Shown: in pieces, positions 23,979-38,446 of the stretch
Layout: each line of letters opens with the position of its first letter
Numbering within the stretch: the stretch's first letter is position 1
Origin: Octopus vulgaris
Lineage: Eukaryota
DNA: 64,000 nucleotides
Assembly (NCBI GenBank): GCA_951406725.2
Contig: OX597815.1
Coordinates: 51,460,001 to 51,524,000, forward strand
Direction of reading: 5' to 3'
Position numbers and translations under genes: made by a program
The notes under the pieces: model-generated
Told to the model about the DNA's origin: nothing
The model's database searches: none
Seen by the model: only the letters and a program-made list of their open reading frames with translations

Positions 23979-24534
23979 GTAGTAGTAGTAGTAGTAGTAG
24001 TAGTATAATATCGGTGCACATATCCATACATATAAATGGACAGATTCATATGCAGACACATACACACATAACTAAATACAGCATGTGTCTATGCATGTCT
24101 GCTTGTGTATATATTTAAGTATATGATGTGAGAGTGGATTACTGCTTAAGTTGTTCTACACAGTGGACGGTGATTGTGATGTCCTAGCTAGAAGCATCAG
24201 TGTTAGAACCAGTGCCAAGTTTCTCTGGAGATGGTAAGCTACATTCCAATTATGGTAGAAGGTAAATCGAGCATATCTCTAATTTATAAAAAGGGGAAAT
24301 CAGACAGTAGATAAGGGTTTGGGACTTCGAACAGCAAAGACAAAAAGCAACACAAAAATACAGTGGGGAATGAAAACATGTACTTTGCAAGAAAAAAAAT
24401 TGATGATCATGATGATGATGACGATGATGAGAGGAGGAGGCAGTGGAGAAGGAGAATTATGTGAGAAAAATATGTAAATCACACTCATCTTTTTTCATTA
24501 TGCTTGCCAGAATAAGGGAAAGATAGAGCAGAAG

Positions 24535-24577
<43 letters not shown>

Positions 24578-24679
24578 AGTGCATACATAAAATATACATA
24601 ATGATAGAGAATATACAAAATGCCCGTCAAAAATGTAAAGCGAATATATATAGTGAAAGTAAATATGTTGTGGAACTGC

Positions 24680-24722
<43 letters not shown>

Positions 24723-25369
24723 TATACAAACACACACACATGCTAACACATTTATACAGACATATACATGTGTATATGTGTATGTGTATATGTGTGTGTG
24801 TGTATATATATATATACACACATACATATGTGCATGTATGCATAAATACATATATATGTGTACGTGTGTGTATATATATATATATATAGACATACACACA
24901 TATAAAGCAGCTTACATTATATATTCTTTTATTGGTTTCAGTAATTTGAATGCAGCCATGCTGGAGCATCACCTTTAAACATGTATATGTCTGTATAAAT
25001 GTGTATATACATGTATCAGTTTGTATACATATATGTAAATGCAGATAAATTCACTCATATGTAATATATTTGTAAGTATAAAACTAAATGTGTGTTTGCA
25101 TATGTGCGTGTGTGTGTGTATCACATTTATAAACACACACGATCATGCACATGAATATGTACAAATACAAGCATACATATTGCATATTGTTTTGAGGTGA
25201 TGAGAAAAAATAATGTTTAACAACAAATATGTCAAATAAATGTAACAAGCCAAAATAAATAAAATGATATCCATTAAACATGCAGCACCAACAAGAACAA
25301 CATCAGAACATTAGGAAGAAAGAAAATCACAAAAAAAAAATCATATACATATATATATATATTTACATT

Positions 25370-25435
<66 letters not shown>

Positions 25436-25934
25436 TATACATACACATTTATACATATATATCGGAAACACAAAAAGTCTTAAAGAGACCACTAATAGCA
25501 TCACAGATATTTAACAGGTTGCAAAATCCCTCCTACACCCTCTGCCATCTGGCCCTTCCTAGTCCCTTCAAAATTACAACAAGGATACAAAAAAAAAAAT
25601 TGACTATAATAAAATGTCTTCTGGTCACCCTTATCAACAATAAGAAATACAACAATAATTTGGAGGGAGGAAGGGGAACAAGTATTATTTTTTTGTTTGT
25701 TTGTTTTTGTAAATAATCATAGAAGAAAAAGGGTAAAAATATAATAGTCACTAATATATCTAATGAAAGAAATGAAGTATAAAGCTGGGAGGTTGGTTGC
25801 TGTGGTGGTTTGTAGTGATAGAGGTGATGATGGTTGTAAGAATTGGGATATCATCTTCCTCTTAAAAGATCTTACATTTTTATGTTGTTTGGAACCTCAC
25901 ATAACCATGTTTCGATTCCTCATATTTGAATTGT

Positions 25935-25947
25935 ATACACACACATG

Positions 25948-26003
<56 letters not shown>

Positions 26004-26174
26004 CATACATACATACATATATATATATACATACATATATATATATATACATACATATATATATACATACATATATATATACATACATATATATATACAT
26101 ACATATATATATATATACATATATATATATACATACATATATATATATACATACATATATACATACATATATAA

Positions 26175-26228
<54 letters not shown>

Positions 26229-26294
26229 CATATGTACATATATATATATAAATATATATATATCATCATCATCGTTTTCCATGCTAGCATGGGG

Positions 26295-26325
<31 letters not shown>

Positions 26326-26334
26326 AACATGCTT

Positions 26335-26392
<58 letters not shown>
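25935..26392. repeat. TA/TACA microsatellite field containing a ~30-bp inverted RTE tail scrap
   Basis: CATCATCATCGTTTTCCATGCTAGCATGG at ~26264-26292 is a partly deleted reverse complement of the RTE terminus. Confidence 0.9.
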
Positions 26393-26394
<2 letters not shown>

Positions 26395-27130
26395 CTAGTG
26401 AACAAACAGCAAAGATTGGTTCTTTACACAGAAAAATAGAACAAAACAAATCACAGATATTATATACACACCATATCCATCAGCATCACAACTTCTGCAT
26501 TTGGCGTTATATCACTTTTTTAGAACATATTTTATGCTGTTGTTGTGATTGTTTGTATATCATTGAGTGAGTGTATTTTTGTTGTCATCATATTTTGTTT
26601 TTTGGCGAGGAGGGATTCATCCTTATTATTTATTTATTATTATTTTTGTTTTTTGATTTATTGGGGTGGGTTAAGCTACAATTTTCCAACAACTTGAGAA
26701 AATTCTCTTTAGTTAGAAACTAAATAGGGAGAAAGAAGAAAGAAACATGTTCTCTGCGCCACCACCACTTTTTCAACTGGCTTTTCCTTGGGAAACTCGT
26801 CATTTCTTTGAATTAAAGACACACACCACACACTCACACACACACACACACACACACAATTTCTCATTCTCTCCATTCATTTATTATTAGTTCCTCAGTA
26901 GTACAATTATTTGTTATACAGTCCTTGGATTTGCAGAGTGCTTAATTATCATTAATTAGATGAGTAATTAATGATCCATCAATTAGTTGCTTAGTGAAGT
27001 GTACTAGTGGTACTCTGTTTTGAGTATTCCATAAGCAAGTACATGCATGTAGTACTACTCAGGTAACAACCTAGATCACAAAGATCCCTACTACTTTCAT
27101 AAATATGTATGTCAGTACGTGTATATGTGT

Positions 27131-27169
<39 letters not shown>

Positions 27170-27472
27170 CATAGATAGATAGATAGATATTTATATATAT
27201 ATATATGTGAATGTTTGTGTGTGTGTGTATACATGTACACACACACACACACACATATATATAGATAGATAGATAGATAAAGAGAGAGAGAGGGAAATAG
27301 ACAGACAGACAGGCAAATAGATAGATGGATAGACAGATAGATGGGCGGACAGACAAACGGACGGACAGACAGACACACATAGATAGATAGATACATGAAT
27401 AGATAGATGGATTTATGGAAAGGTAGATATACACATACATACACATATACAGATAGTGAGTGTGTATGTATA

Positions 27473-28209
27473 CAGAGAGTAGTGAATAAACTGTCATTTA
27501 AATTATGCAAAAAGGAAAATAACACTGACATCTCATTTTAACAGATATATTTACCAAAATTACATAAAAATACTTTGAAATACTAAAGAGTAGATTTGTT
27601 CAATAAAATTGCCATTGGCTTCAACCAAGGCCTCCAAATGACTTTGGAACTTCCTGCAATTCTTCTGGACGGTCTCTTTGTTTAAGTTGGTGAATGCTGC
27701 CAGAAACGTTGCTTTCAGTACATCTTTGGTGTTACAAGGACTTTTGTTGGTCGCTTGCTCAGCTGCACCCCACACTTAATACCCAAGGGGCTTGCAGTCT
27801 GGGGAGTTAGGTGGCCACTCTCTTGATCCAGGGCAGCACTACCTCCTCTAGGGACTTGATGTTGAGTCTTAGGCCATGTGGGAAGATGAATTGAGACATA
27901 ATGTGGCTATCACTAGTGATCACTTCAAACATCATGATGTTGATTTTTATCACTCTCAGTGCATGTCCTCAGATTGACACCCAAACACTCAGAAATGTTT
28001 CTATTGGAGCTTCCAGTGTGAATGCCAAGCAGTACAGCCTGTTGTTTCCAAATTTCTGGCAGAGTGAATTGTGTCATGATGCTATTTTTCTCAGAGATGG
28101 TGCCCAACTGACCCTACTATACTGTGTAGCCAACAAAATCAAAAACCAACAATGCACATATGCAAAATAAAAAAATATGAAATGGCGACAATTTACTCAT
28201 TGCACTCTG
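27473..28209 (-). mobile_element. Internally deleted Tc1/mariner-superfamily element
   Basis: TA-flanked imperfect TIRs. The minus strand encodes WPPNSPDCKPL..VWGAAEQATNKSPCNTKDVLKA...EANGNFIE. Inverted homolog of 45655-46506. Confidence 0.88.
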
Positions 28210-28229
28210 TATGTGTGTGTGTGTGTGTA

Positions 28230-28500
28230 GGTCATCTCTCAAGGTCAAGAAAGATTTCAGCAATTTGTTGCTGAACAAGCTGCACAGATGAATTGTTTAT
28301 AGTGACAAAATATTGCAAAGTTCATCCCTCCATCAAATCAACATTGTCTTCACTGCCACACATAAGATGTCAAAGTGATTGCAGAGCAACGCATGATCAA
28401 GTGTTTTGCATAAGAACATAACACACTCTCTAGTCTGAGAATTGAACCAACAATCTTACAGTTGTGAATGCAACACCTTAACCACTAGGCTACATGCTAT
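28230..28500 (-). mobile_element. Degenerate tRNA-derived SINE (family C-type head)
   Basis: The minus strand shows CATGTAGCCTAGTGGTTAAGGTGTTG...GGTTCAATTC, followed by GTGTGTTATGTTCTTATGCAAAACACTT. Confidence 0.65.
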
Positions 28501-28677
28501 CACAAAAGCATACACACACATACAGATCTTTTTCTTAATTTTTAACTATATTACAGGTAAAATTCTATCAATACAATATATGCATAGTTTTTTTTTTTTT
28601 TTTCAATCCTTGACCATAATCCTATTGAAACATGTCTTCTTATAAAAAAATTTGTAACAAATATTTCAGTAAACAAT

Positions 28678-29042
28678 TATCTTTTATATTTTATGTTTCA
28701 GTCAAACTGTGGCCTTACTGGGGCACCACCTTGAAAAACATTTTAGTCAAATGAGTCAAACCCAGTACCTTTTTTCCTTAAACCTGGTACTTATTCTAAG
28801 TTATGAGGACATAAACAAACCAACGCCAGTTGTCAAATGGTAGTGGGAGACAAATACAGACACACAAAGATATATACACATATACACAACGGACTTCTTT
28901 CAGTTTCTGTCTACCAAATCTACTCACAAGGTTTTGGTCAGCCTGAGGTTATAGCAGAAGATATTTGCCCAAGGTGCCACACAGTGGGACTGAACCTGGA
29001 ACCATGTGGTTGGGAAGCAACCTTCTTACCACATAACCACAC
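28678..29042 (-). mobile_element. SINE family B
   Basis: Reverse-complement match to 38065-38446. Confidence 0.85.
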
Positions 29043-29636
29043 TGAATGTTAAACACACAAACACTATAGAATAGTGAATGAGGCAGACAATACAGCAGTT
29101 AGAAATCTAGTTGCCCTATCAGTCAGTAAGATACTGTATTAATATGCAGATACATCAAACCAGTGCACTGAATATAAACTCATCTGTGTTTTTACATTTG
29201 TTAGAATTTTGCGAAACCAAAACAAATAACATACAGGTGTGCATAACATTTATGTGTATGCAAACGTGGAACAGCACTGGCTGTAATATTTTGTCTAAGA
29301 AGACATCTCAAAGAGATTTGTGTATTAAAACACAGAGTTTCACTCAGAATACCAGGCATGGTGTTTCAACATGATTTGGTCAAATGACCCACTGACGTTT
29401 TTAACCTGTGTTTCTGAAATGTTTCACAGAGACATAATACTTATAACTTTTATTATGTGTATAAATACCATTCCATGTTTTTTAATACATATTATAAATG
29501 TTATTATATTAACTGGTATTTTAATTTAAGGCTGTTTCAGATTCTTTTATTAATTCAAAACAGATAAATTCAATCCAATTTATTCTTTACACATGTACTA
29601 CAAATATGCAAATTTCAATGGTCAGCTCAACAAAGA

Positions 29637-29671
29637 GTCAGGCCATGTGCCTTTAGTAAAAAGGATTATTA

Positions 29672-29708
<37 letters not shown>

Positions 29709-29942
29709 GATTATTATTATTATTATTATTGAGTGAGAGAGAGCCATGTATGCCATCAAAGTGACACTGGGGTAAAATATACAAAGCCCAGTATACCCAT
29801 CATGACTACCCGTCTGATAAGGGTACACTAGGCACATGCATCACAACCATATGTGCGCAACATAGTGATCTCATATCATTATAAACAGCACATGACCTTG
29901 CAGGTGGGGCCCAGTTAGAATTTTCTTCTGGTCAAGTAACCC
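29637..29942. repeat. Near-identical copy of 23376-23672 (SINE-A end + (ATT)n + repeat end)
   Basis: Shares GTCAGGCCATGTGCCTTTAGTAAAAAGG, the ATT run and ~200 bp downstream. Confidence 0.85.
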
Positions 29943-29946
29943 CCCC

Positions 29947-30290
<344 letters not shown>

Positions 30291-30845
30291 ATTGATTTAT
30301 TTAGCAAACATTTGCAAGAATAAAAATGTTTCTATCATGAACATCCAATCCTTTTTATGGACTGGAATCAGAGATTTTTTTCTACATTGATAAGAGCAAA
30401 AGCATTCCAACCATAACCTTCCATTTTTTTAAAAATAAATCTGAAGATATTTTCTAAATTTTAGAAATGTGACCATCCTTTCTTATGGTCTTTGTCTTTT
30501 GTTCAGAACAAAAGCACTCCAATCATGAGCATTTCATCTTTTTTCACACCCCAATTCAAATTTCAACTCAGAATTCACAAATCAAAATTAATGAGTGAAC
30601 AATATAAAACAAAATTTTAAAATTTAAATGCAATTCATAATAAAACAAATTAATGTGTATCATTACAACATAAAACAATTCACAATAATGCAAATTATAA
30701 AGAACAACATGAGATCCTTTTGCCACCATGCATTAAAAAATGCATAGGACAATACAATTCAAAACAGTAGAGCTCAGCAAAACACACACACATACGCAAG
30801 AGAACCACTATCAGGTATTCAGAGATGGTCAAATAGATGGATGGA

Positions 30846-31172
30846 CTTACTTAAGCATTTCACTCCCTATGTCTGGAGCATAGATCAACAACTTTTCTCC
30901 ACTATTCTCAGTTCTGGGTTTTGCTCAAGTCTTGTTGGTTTTGAATAGTCATCAATGCTTCAGTAACTTGGCATTTTTTTCTAGGCAATGGTTGTGAACC
31001 TACACAAACCCATTTTTACCCCAGGGAGTCGATGGTTCATATTAGTCTGGCCTCTGTCCTTTGACACGTCCACCATAGGAAGCCCTACTATGAGCTTGCG
31101 CTCTGCTGGCATAGCTCTCAGGGTCATTGAGTCTCACAAGCCACTACACTGCAACAAAGACTGGGCCTTGTG
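30846..31172 (-). mobile_element. Bipartite non-autonomous RTE derivative (5' UTR + 3' tail)
   Basis: Minus strand GGCTTGTGAGACTCAATGACCCTGAGAGCTATGCCAGC...GAGGCCAGACTAA resembles conserved RTE 5' UTRs. It ends CTATGCTCC...GGAGTGAAATGCTTAAGTAAGT like an RTE 3' tail, with no ORF between. Confidence 0.6.
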
Positions 31173-32414
31173 GTAATAGGTAGATGGACTGCATATGACT
31201 AAACAGAAAAACTGGAAGTGGTTCTTCCTATATTGTAATATTTAAAATTTTGAAGGCAGAGCACTAACAGAATCATTAGCATGCCGGGCAAAATGCTTAG
31301 CGGTATTTCATCCATCTTTGCATTCCGAGTTCAAATTCCACAGAGGTCATCATTGGGGTTATTATGAATGAACCTTTTCATTCTTACAAATCTTTTATTT
31401 TTTACTGGCTTCAGCCAAACATATCAACTGCAGTACTAATTTTTAAAAAAAATTCTATCAATCACTTTTGCTTTGGTGGTAAGTTACAACAATGTTAACA
31501 AACCAATATAAGTTGCCAAGCAATGAGAGGACAAACATGAACACACACACACATACATTTCTTGTTATGCTAAGAAGTGGTGCACAGAACCAGACCTTTC
31601 GACTCTAGTCACATGTAACAAACTATTCCAAAGTGGAGTCTGGACTGGCCAGTTTGTACTGGCATCAAGTTATATCAGTTGTAAAAGGATGCAATTCCTA
31701 TTACATATCACACAAACCTGAAATTATTTCAAAATATCACTATTTGGTTTGACTTCATTATTACAACTTGCATATAGATGACATGTTTCTAAGCAGTTTC
31801 TATCTACCAGATTCACTCTTGTGAATTTGGTAGATGGAAACTGCATTGGATCTGCTTGAGGCTATAGTAGGACACATAAGGTGCCACACAAAAGAATTCA
31901 ACCTGACACTATATGGTGTCTTAACTACATGGTGAGCTTCTTAACTGCACAGCCATACCTGCACATAATGTGAAAAAGTATCTCTGAATTCTTAAGTAAA
32001 AAAAAGTGTGATGGTCACAAATGGAAAGCTGGAATGCAAAATCTCTGATTTCATAAAAAAAAAAAAACACTTGATAGGTACACTTGCAATGGTCATGGAT
32101 GGAAACTTTGAAAGCCAAACCTCTGATTCTATACAAAAGATGGGAAGGCTACAGCATGAGCACTTTCATTCTAACTAATGTTTGATACATTCAGCAATAC
32201 ATTCTAATTCCCTACTCACCTGACCATTGAAATTTGCTTATTTTAGCATACTGCAAAAAACAAATTGTTTTTACAATTTGTCTTTAACAATATCTTCATA
32301 ATGAATTTTTCATCACAACAGTTTTTATACACCATCAATGTCCTTAAAATGGAATTTCAACAGTGTAAATGCATATATATGCAGCAGCATTATTATTATT
32401 ATTATTATTATTAC

Positions 32415-32457
<43 letters not shown>

Positions 32458-32462
32458 GGATG

Positions 32463-32902
32463 TGGCGAGCTGGCAGAATTGTTAGCACGCTGTGCAAAAT
32501 GCTTAGCAGGATTTAGTCTGTTGTTACATTCTAAGTTCAAATTCCACGAAGGTCGGCTTTGCCTTTCATCCTTTCAGGGTCGATAAATTAAGTACCAGTG
32601 AAACATTGGGTTTGATGTAATCAACTTATCCCTTATCCCAAAACTGCTGTCCTTGTGACAAAATTTGAAACCATTATTGTTATTATTATTATGAAGACGG
32701 TGAGCTGGCAGAATTGTTAGCATGCCAGGCAAAATGCTTAGCAGCAGCATTTATATGTTTTTATATTCTGAGTTCAAATTCCACCAGAGGTGACTCATCC
32801 TTTCAGGGTCATTAAATTAAGTACCAGAGCAACACTAGGGTTGATGTAGTCAACTAGTCCCCTCCACCAAATTTCAGGCCTTGTGCCTATAGTAGAAAAG
32901 AT
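32463..32902 (+). mobile_element. Tandem pair of SINE-A copies after an (ATT)n run
   Basis: Heads GGCGAGCTGGCAGAATTGTTAGC at ~32464 and ~32699. Confidence 0.88.
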
Positions 32903-33672
32903 TCATCATTATACATTAATATATTCAACCTAGTGCCCTCATCTTGTTAGGTATAATCACAAAGCCTTGGTTGTTACCGTCTGATATACCAACTTCAGAT
33001 ACCTGCCATATCCATGTTCTTGGAGTTTCAAAACAAACCCTTTATTAAATCCATAGAGCTAGATTGCCCTCATTCTATTATCCATGCCACAGTTATTCTA
33101 TTAGTTTTTCTCCTACTTGTGATGCTATTTGCTCTTTCTGTTTGCACCAAAATATATATGGTGTCACTGACCCAAGGACTGAACTCTTGCCTGCTCTGAT
33201 AATATTACAGCATGAAGAAGGCCAAAGGATAAAATGACTGAAATGCTGTGACTATCAAGACCAAGACTAGAGTGTGTGTATTAGTGTTTAATGCATAAAT
33301 ACTACTAATATACAACTATTTCTGCACTGAAAGTCGTTGGCTTTTTTTTTTGGGGAGGGGGGGTGAATAGCACTTAATGCCTTATAGAAGTTTGCCAAAA
33401 TGAAGTGTGTTTTTAGATGGCTTACTGCATCAGTATTACTTTGGTAAGAAAGAAACTTATATTGCATTCTCATTCTAGCTCTCAAACTAGACATGGATAA
33501 AGTCAACATCAAGAAATCAAACTAAATACACACACACACAAGGAAATATATATACATACATGTATATATGCATGTGTGTGTGTATATATATATATATGAT
33601 GTGTGTGTATATATATACATACATACATATATGATGTGTATATACATACATACATACATATATGATGTGTAT

Positions 33673-33727
<55 letters not shown>

Positions 33728-34019
33728 TGTAGTTATATGTGTGAAATATACTCTTGAACCATCTAAAAACTAATTGGCACTTGCAACCATTTGTTAACGT
33801 CTCACAGTGTGTATAAAAACAATGATCAGTAATGGTGAGAAATTACTCTCACCAACTCTGGTCGTCCATCATTAACCAACAGAAGAGAAAAAAGAATTTT
33901 TCACCCACACATGTTCTAGTTTTATATTCTATCTGTTATTGATTGAGGGGGATGACAGACAGATATAGAAATTCCTTGGTAGGGATGTGCTATGGGGAAG
34001 GAGGCTGAAAAGAAACTGG

Positions 34020-34420
<401 letters not shown>

Positions 34421-34509
34421 GTCAGCATAGTGTCAGAAAGAAGATCAAATCACCAGTATGCAGTAAAAATTCCATGAGTCAGAAAGAACTGGCAAAAAAC
34501 AAATATATT

Positions 34510-34540
<31 letters not shown>

Positions 34541-35075
34541 ATATATACAAGTTGAAGCTTGTTTGGTGAGTTTATGTGACAGCACCCGTGCATTATCACT
34601 GTTGTATTGCCAGAGCTGATACAACAACAAAGAATAATTTCTTCTGCATAAGATATTAATTTTATGTTGATTCTGTGTATGTGTGTGAGAGAGAGAGAGA
34701 GACAGGCAGGCAGACAGACAGAAATTAGCAGAAGGAGTTGGGGATTAAAAGATAAGAAAAAGAATGCTTATGGAAAAGAAAAATTAAGGAAATAGTTAGG
34801 AAAGATAAATATTCTTGTAATTTGCACATTTTCAGGATTGATGCATTTTAATATTCACCATTTTTAGCTTGGATTTCAATAATTCATAAAGTAAAACATT
34901 AAATATAATATTCCAAGTGGTATGTTAAATATACAATTATTTATATATATTTTCCCCTGTTAATATAAAATAAAGAAAGTTCAACTTTTACTCCACTCCA
35001 TCCAATAAAGGATTGAATATCTTTTTGATTTGTTATTCATTTTATTTCATTTTACCAAATTTTTAAGCATACAGA

Positions 35076-35381
35076 GTAAAGGGTAAAAGAGTAAAGACCC
35101 CTTTCGGTCATGAATGACCATGGGATTGCACCTAGGAAGTTCCCTTCTGAAGCACAAGTCCAAGTAGGGTTGTTTATGGAAGACCAGCAGTCATCCATGC
35201 ATACCAGTCTCCCTTCTCCATGCTACTCATGTTGTCCAAGGGAAAAGCAAAGGTCGATAGAGCTTGGAGCAACATGAACTAAAGCGACTTGCTCAAGAAC
35301 ACAACACACAGCCCGATCCAGGAATCAAACTTACAACTCTATGATTGTGAGCCCAACACACTAACCACTGAATCATGTGCC
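35076..35381 (-). mobile_element. SINE family C
   Basis: Reverse complement of 62029-62623 without the MITE insertion. Confidence 0.85.
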
Positions 35382-37411
35382 ATTTTCTGCAAACAAGTCC
35401 AGATATTATACAGCATAAACATGTAAACATTCAAACATCATATCACTATCTTTCCAAATCCTGCTGCATTTCTCATGGAATTTTTGAACCCACAAAGTCA
35501 TGTGTGTACAAGTCAATCTACCTCTTTTGGCTGTAAATTTTGGTCTGAAAAGTTTGACTTTTATGCCAGAAAATATAGTATCTTTATAGAAGTTAAGAAC
35601 GAGACAAAGCTTGTATACCAACTTGGTTTTTAGTAGGGTATCATAAATTTCATTTGAATTCTGTTCTTAAGGAAAGGGAAACTGGGCCACAAACTAAATA
35701 ATGATACAGGATAGATACATACATTAATGGAACAATCTTCCAAAGTAATTCATATGGGTTTTAGTGTTTTAAGAGGTTTGTAGCAGATCACTATAGGAGA
35801 AAGCTTTCAGAGAGACTATTTTTTGTAGCTACTTTCCAGAAGGAGAGAAACTACAGAAAATGCAATATATCGGCAGCTTTTGGAGTTGTCTAGCCTTCTG
35901 AGTTATCTACTTCAGAAAATCAAAAAGCATAATACTGAGCAATGTTAAATTACTGTTAAAACACTCAGATGGATTTAGTGTTCAGGCCTTCAATTCAAAT
36001 GAGATGTAATCAACAATGATAACTTTAAAGAAGTTATTTAAAAGAAAAAATACTGCATAAATAGAACTTGCAAAGCAGAAAAAAAAAATCACATTTTCTA
36101 AAAATGGCTTCCCTTTGTAAAGAGCTTCATTTATTTTAATTCTTAGACATCCTGAATGAAATGCAGGTGATTATGACAACTAATTAGATAAAATTGGAAA
36201 TATACCTATCAGATTTTCTCTACAAGCCACCAATTGATTTAATATTATGTGAAAACCATTTTTTTTTTTCAATGGAGAGAAATATAAATAACTTGCTTTC
36301 TTAAAATAATTATAAACAGTTCACTAGATGATGAATTTGCCAAGCCCTTTAGAATTTAGAAAATAGAAACTGATCAACAAAATATTAAAAGATTGCCACT
36401 GTCCATACAATCATTATTTTTTTCAGTAATGTAATGAAATACAATAAAAACTAGTTTGAACACAGAGAATGTTAGTTCAGTCATAGTTAAAAGCTCATAG
36501 TTGTTGATTAACCCCAGAACAGTCCTTATTCCAAGGAAGTATGAAAGAAGATGGGATACAACCATGACCATTTCATCTTCTTGCTTCTAACAGTGTACCT
36601 AGTACTAGATTATCCAAATTATCCTTCTTTTTAGAATGGTGGGAGAGTAGGGTTTGAGAGACATTTGGCTATTATTTCTAGCAATCTCAAGTAACTACAT
36701 GAGGTTCCCATTTTAGCTCAAAATCTAGTACAGCATGGTAGTGTGCTGTGATAAGAATAGCTATGTAATGTTTTGGACATGTCTCTTCATCAGGGAATAA
36801 TGGACCTTACTTCCAAATGTTATATATATATTCTCTACGACATACATCAACATACCTCATTTTTGTCTTTTTAGTGAACTGACTTTCACTTATGTACACC
36901 AGTAAGAATCAATCACCTATTTCTCGTTTATTACATTTGATACTTCAATAACAATTTGCTTTTGAAAGGTTTCATTTCGTTTATGTATCTAGGCATATTA
37001 ATAAAGTATAGTAGAATTCATAGTGAGGCAGAAATGAAATCAACACCTCAGAATACAAGAAATCGCAATGATTGCCAGTTTAGGAAATTTTATTCCCACA
37101 TTCCATTAACTGGCTATCTCACACATAATAATGGTTTTTAGCTATCAAAATGAAGCATAATTTGCAGCAACCATAACTCTTACTTGGTTTTCAGAGAAAT
37201 TGCCACTTTTACATTATTGCTCTAATCTTTAGGTTCAAGAAAACATGGAAGCTTCTACATAGTTACTCAACCTGCTAAACATAGCAGCTGTATGTTCATA
37301 GGTAGAGCTCCTTTGATCATAAGTCTCTGTGATCAGAATTAACTTTGGCCTAAACAATGGTCTTCAAGAAGAACACAAGCAGTATATATAACACTATTAC
37401 GAATTTAGTAT

Positions 37412-37965
37412 ATCTTTTATCTATTATCTTTTCCCTGTTTTATTCATAGAACTGTGTCAATGCTGGGACAGCCTTGAAAGGTTTAGTCAAAGTCATTGAC
37501 TCCAGTACTTCTTTTTTAAGTCTGGTACTTATTCTGTTAGTAACTTTTGCTGAACTACTAAGTTTCAAAGACATAAACAAACCAATACCTGCTGTCTAGC
37601 AATGGGAACACACACACACACACACACACACACACATTAATGTTTGTTTCTATGTTCAGTTATAACAAAAATGGTTTTACATTAATCTGACGTGTTACTC
37701 TTTACTTTTGTAGAATACAAATTTATCATTCTTATACAAGAACAGTGTTGGCAGTGACTTCAAAGTTTCAACCAGCTAAGCCATTGTTGGATACACACAC
37801 AAAAATAGGCTTTCACACAGTTCCCATCTATCAAATTCACTCCCAAAGCATTGGTCAACCTGGGACTATAATAAAAGACACTTCCCCAAGGTACCACACA
37901 GTGGGACTGAACCTGAAGCTATGCAGTTGCAAAAAGAACTTCTTAACCGCACACCCATACCTGCA
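37412..37965 (-). mobile_element. SINE family B, interrupted
   Basis: 3' half at 37412-37610 and 5' half at 37795-37965. Lies head-to-head with the copy at 38065. Confidence 0.75.
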
Positions 37966-38064
37966 ACTTATAACATTTTATACAATTTGATTGTGCTTTA
38001 TACTTCCATTCATATGCCATACATGTAAACACAAAAGCAATTTATCACTGCTTATTTACATACA

Positions 38065-38446
38065 GGCGCAGGTATGGCTGTGTGGTAAGAAGGTTGCTTC
38101 CCAGCCAAATGGTTTCGGGTTTAGTCCCATTGTGTAGCACCTTGGGCAAGTGTCTTCTACTACTGTCTCAAGCCAACCAAGGTCTTGTGAATAGATTTGG
38201 TAAACAGAAACTGAAAGAAACTTGTTGTGTGTGTGTTTGTTCGTTCTCCACTCCTGATTGACAACCTGTGTTAGTAGGTTTACATCCCCATAGCTTAGCA
38301 GTTCAGCAAAAAGAGACCAAAAGAATAAGTACTAAGCTTGAAAACAAGTTAACTATTGAGGTCAATTCATTCAACTAAAAAAAATTTTACAAGGCAGTGC
38401 CCCAGCATGGCTACAATCAAATGACTGAAACATGTAAAAGATAAAA
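38065..38446 (+). mobile_element. SINE family B, full length
   Basis: tRNA-like head GGCGCAGGTATGGCTGTGTGGTAAG..GGGTTTAGTCCC, CACCTTGGGCAAGTGTCTT core, TAAAAGA tail. At least 6 copies in the window. Confidence 0.88.
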
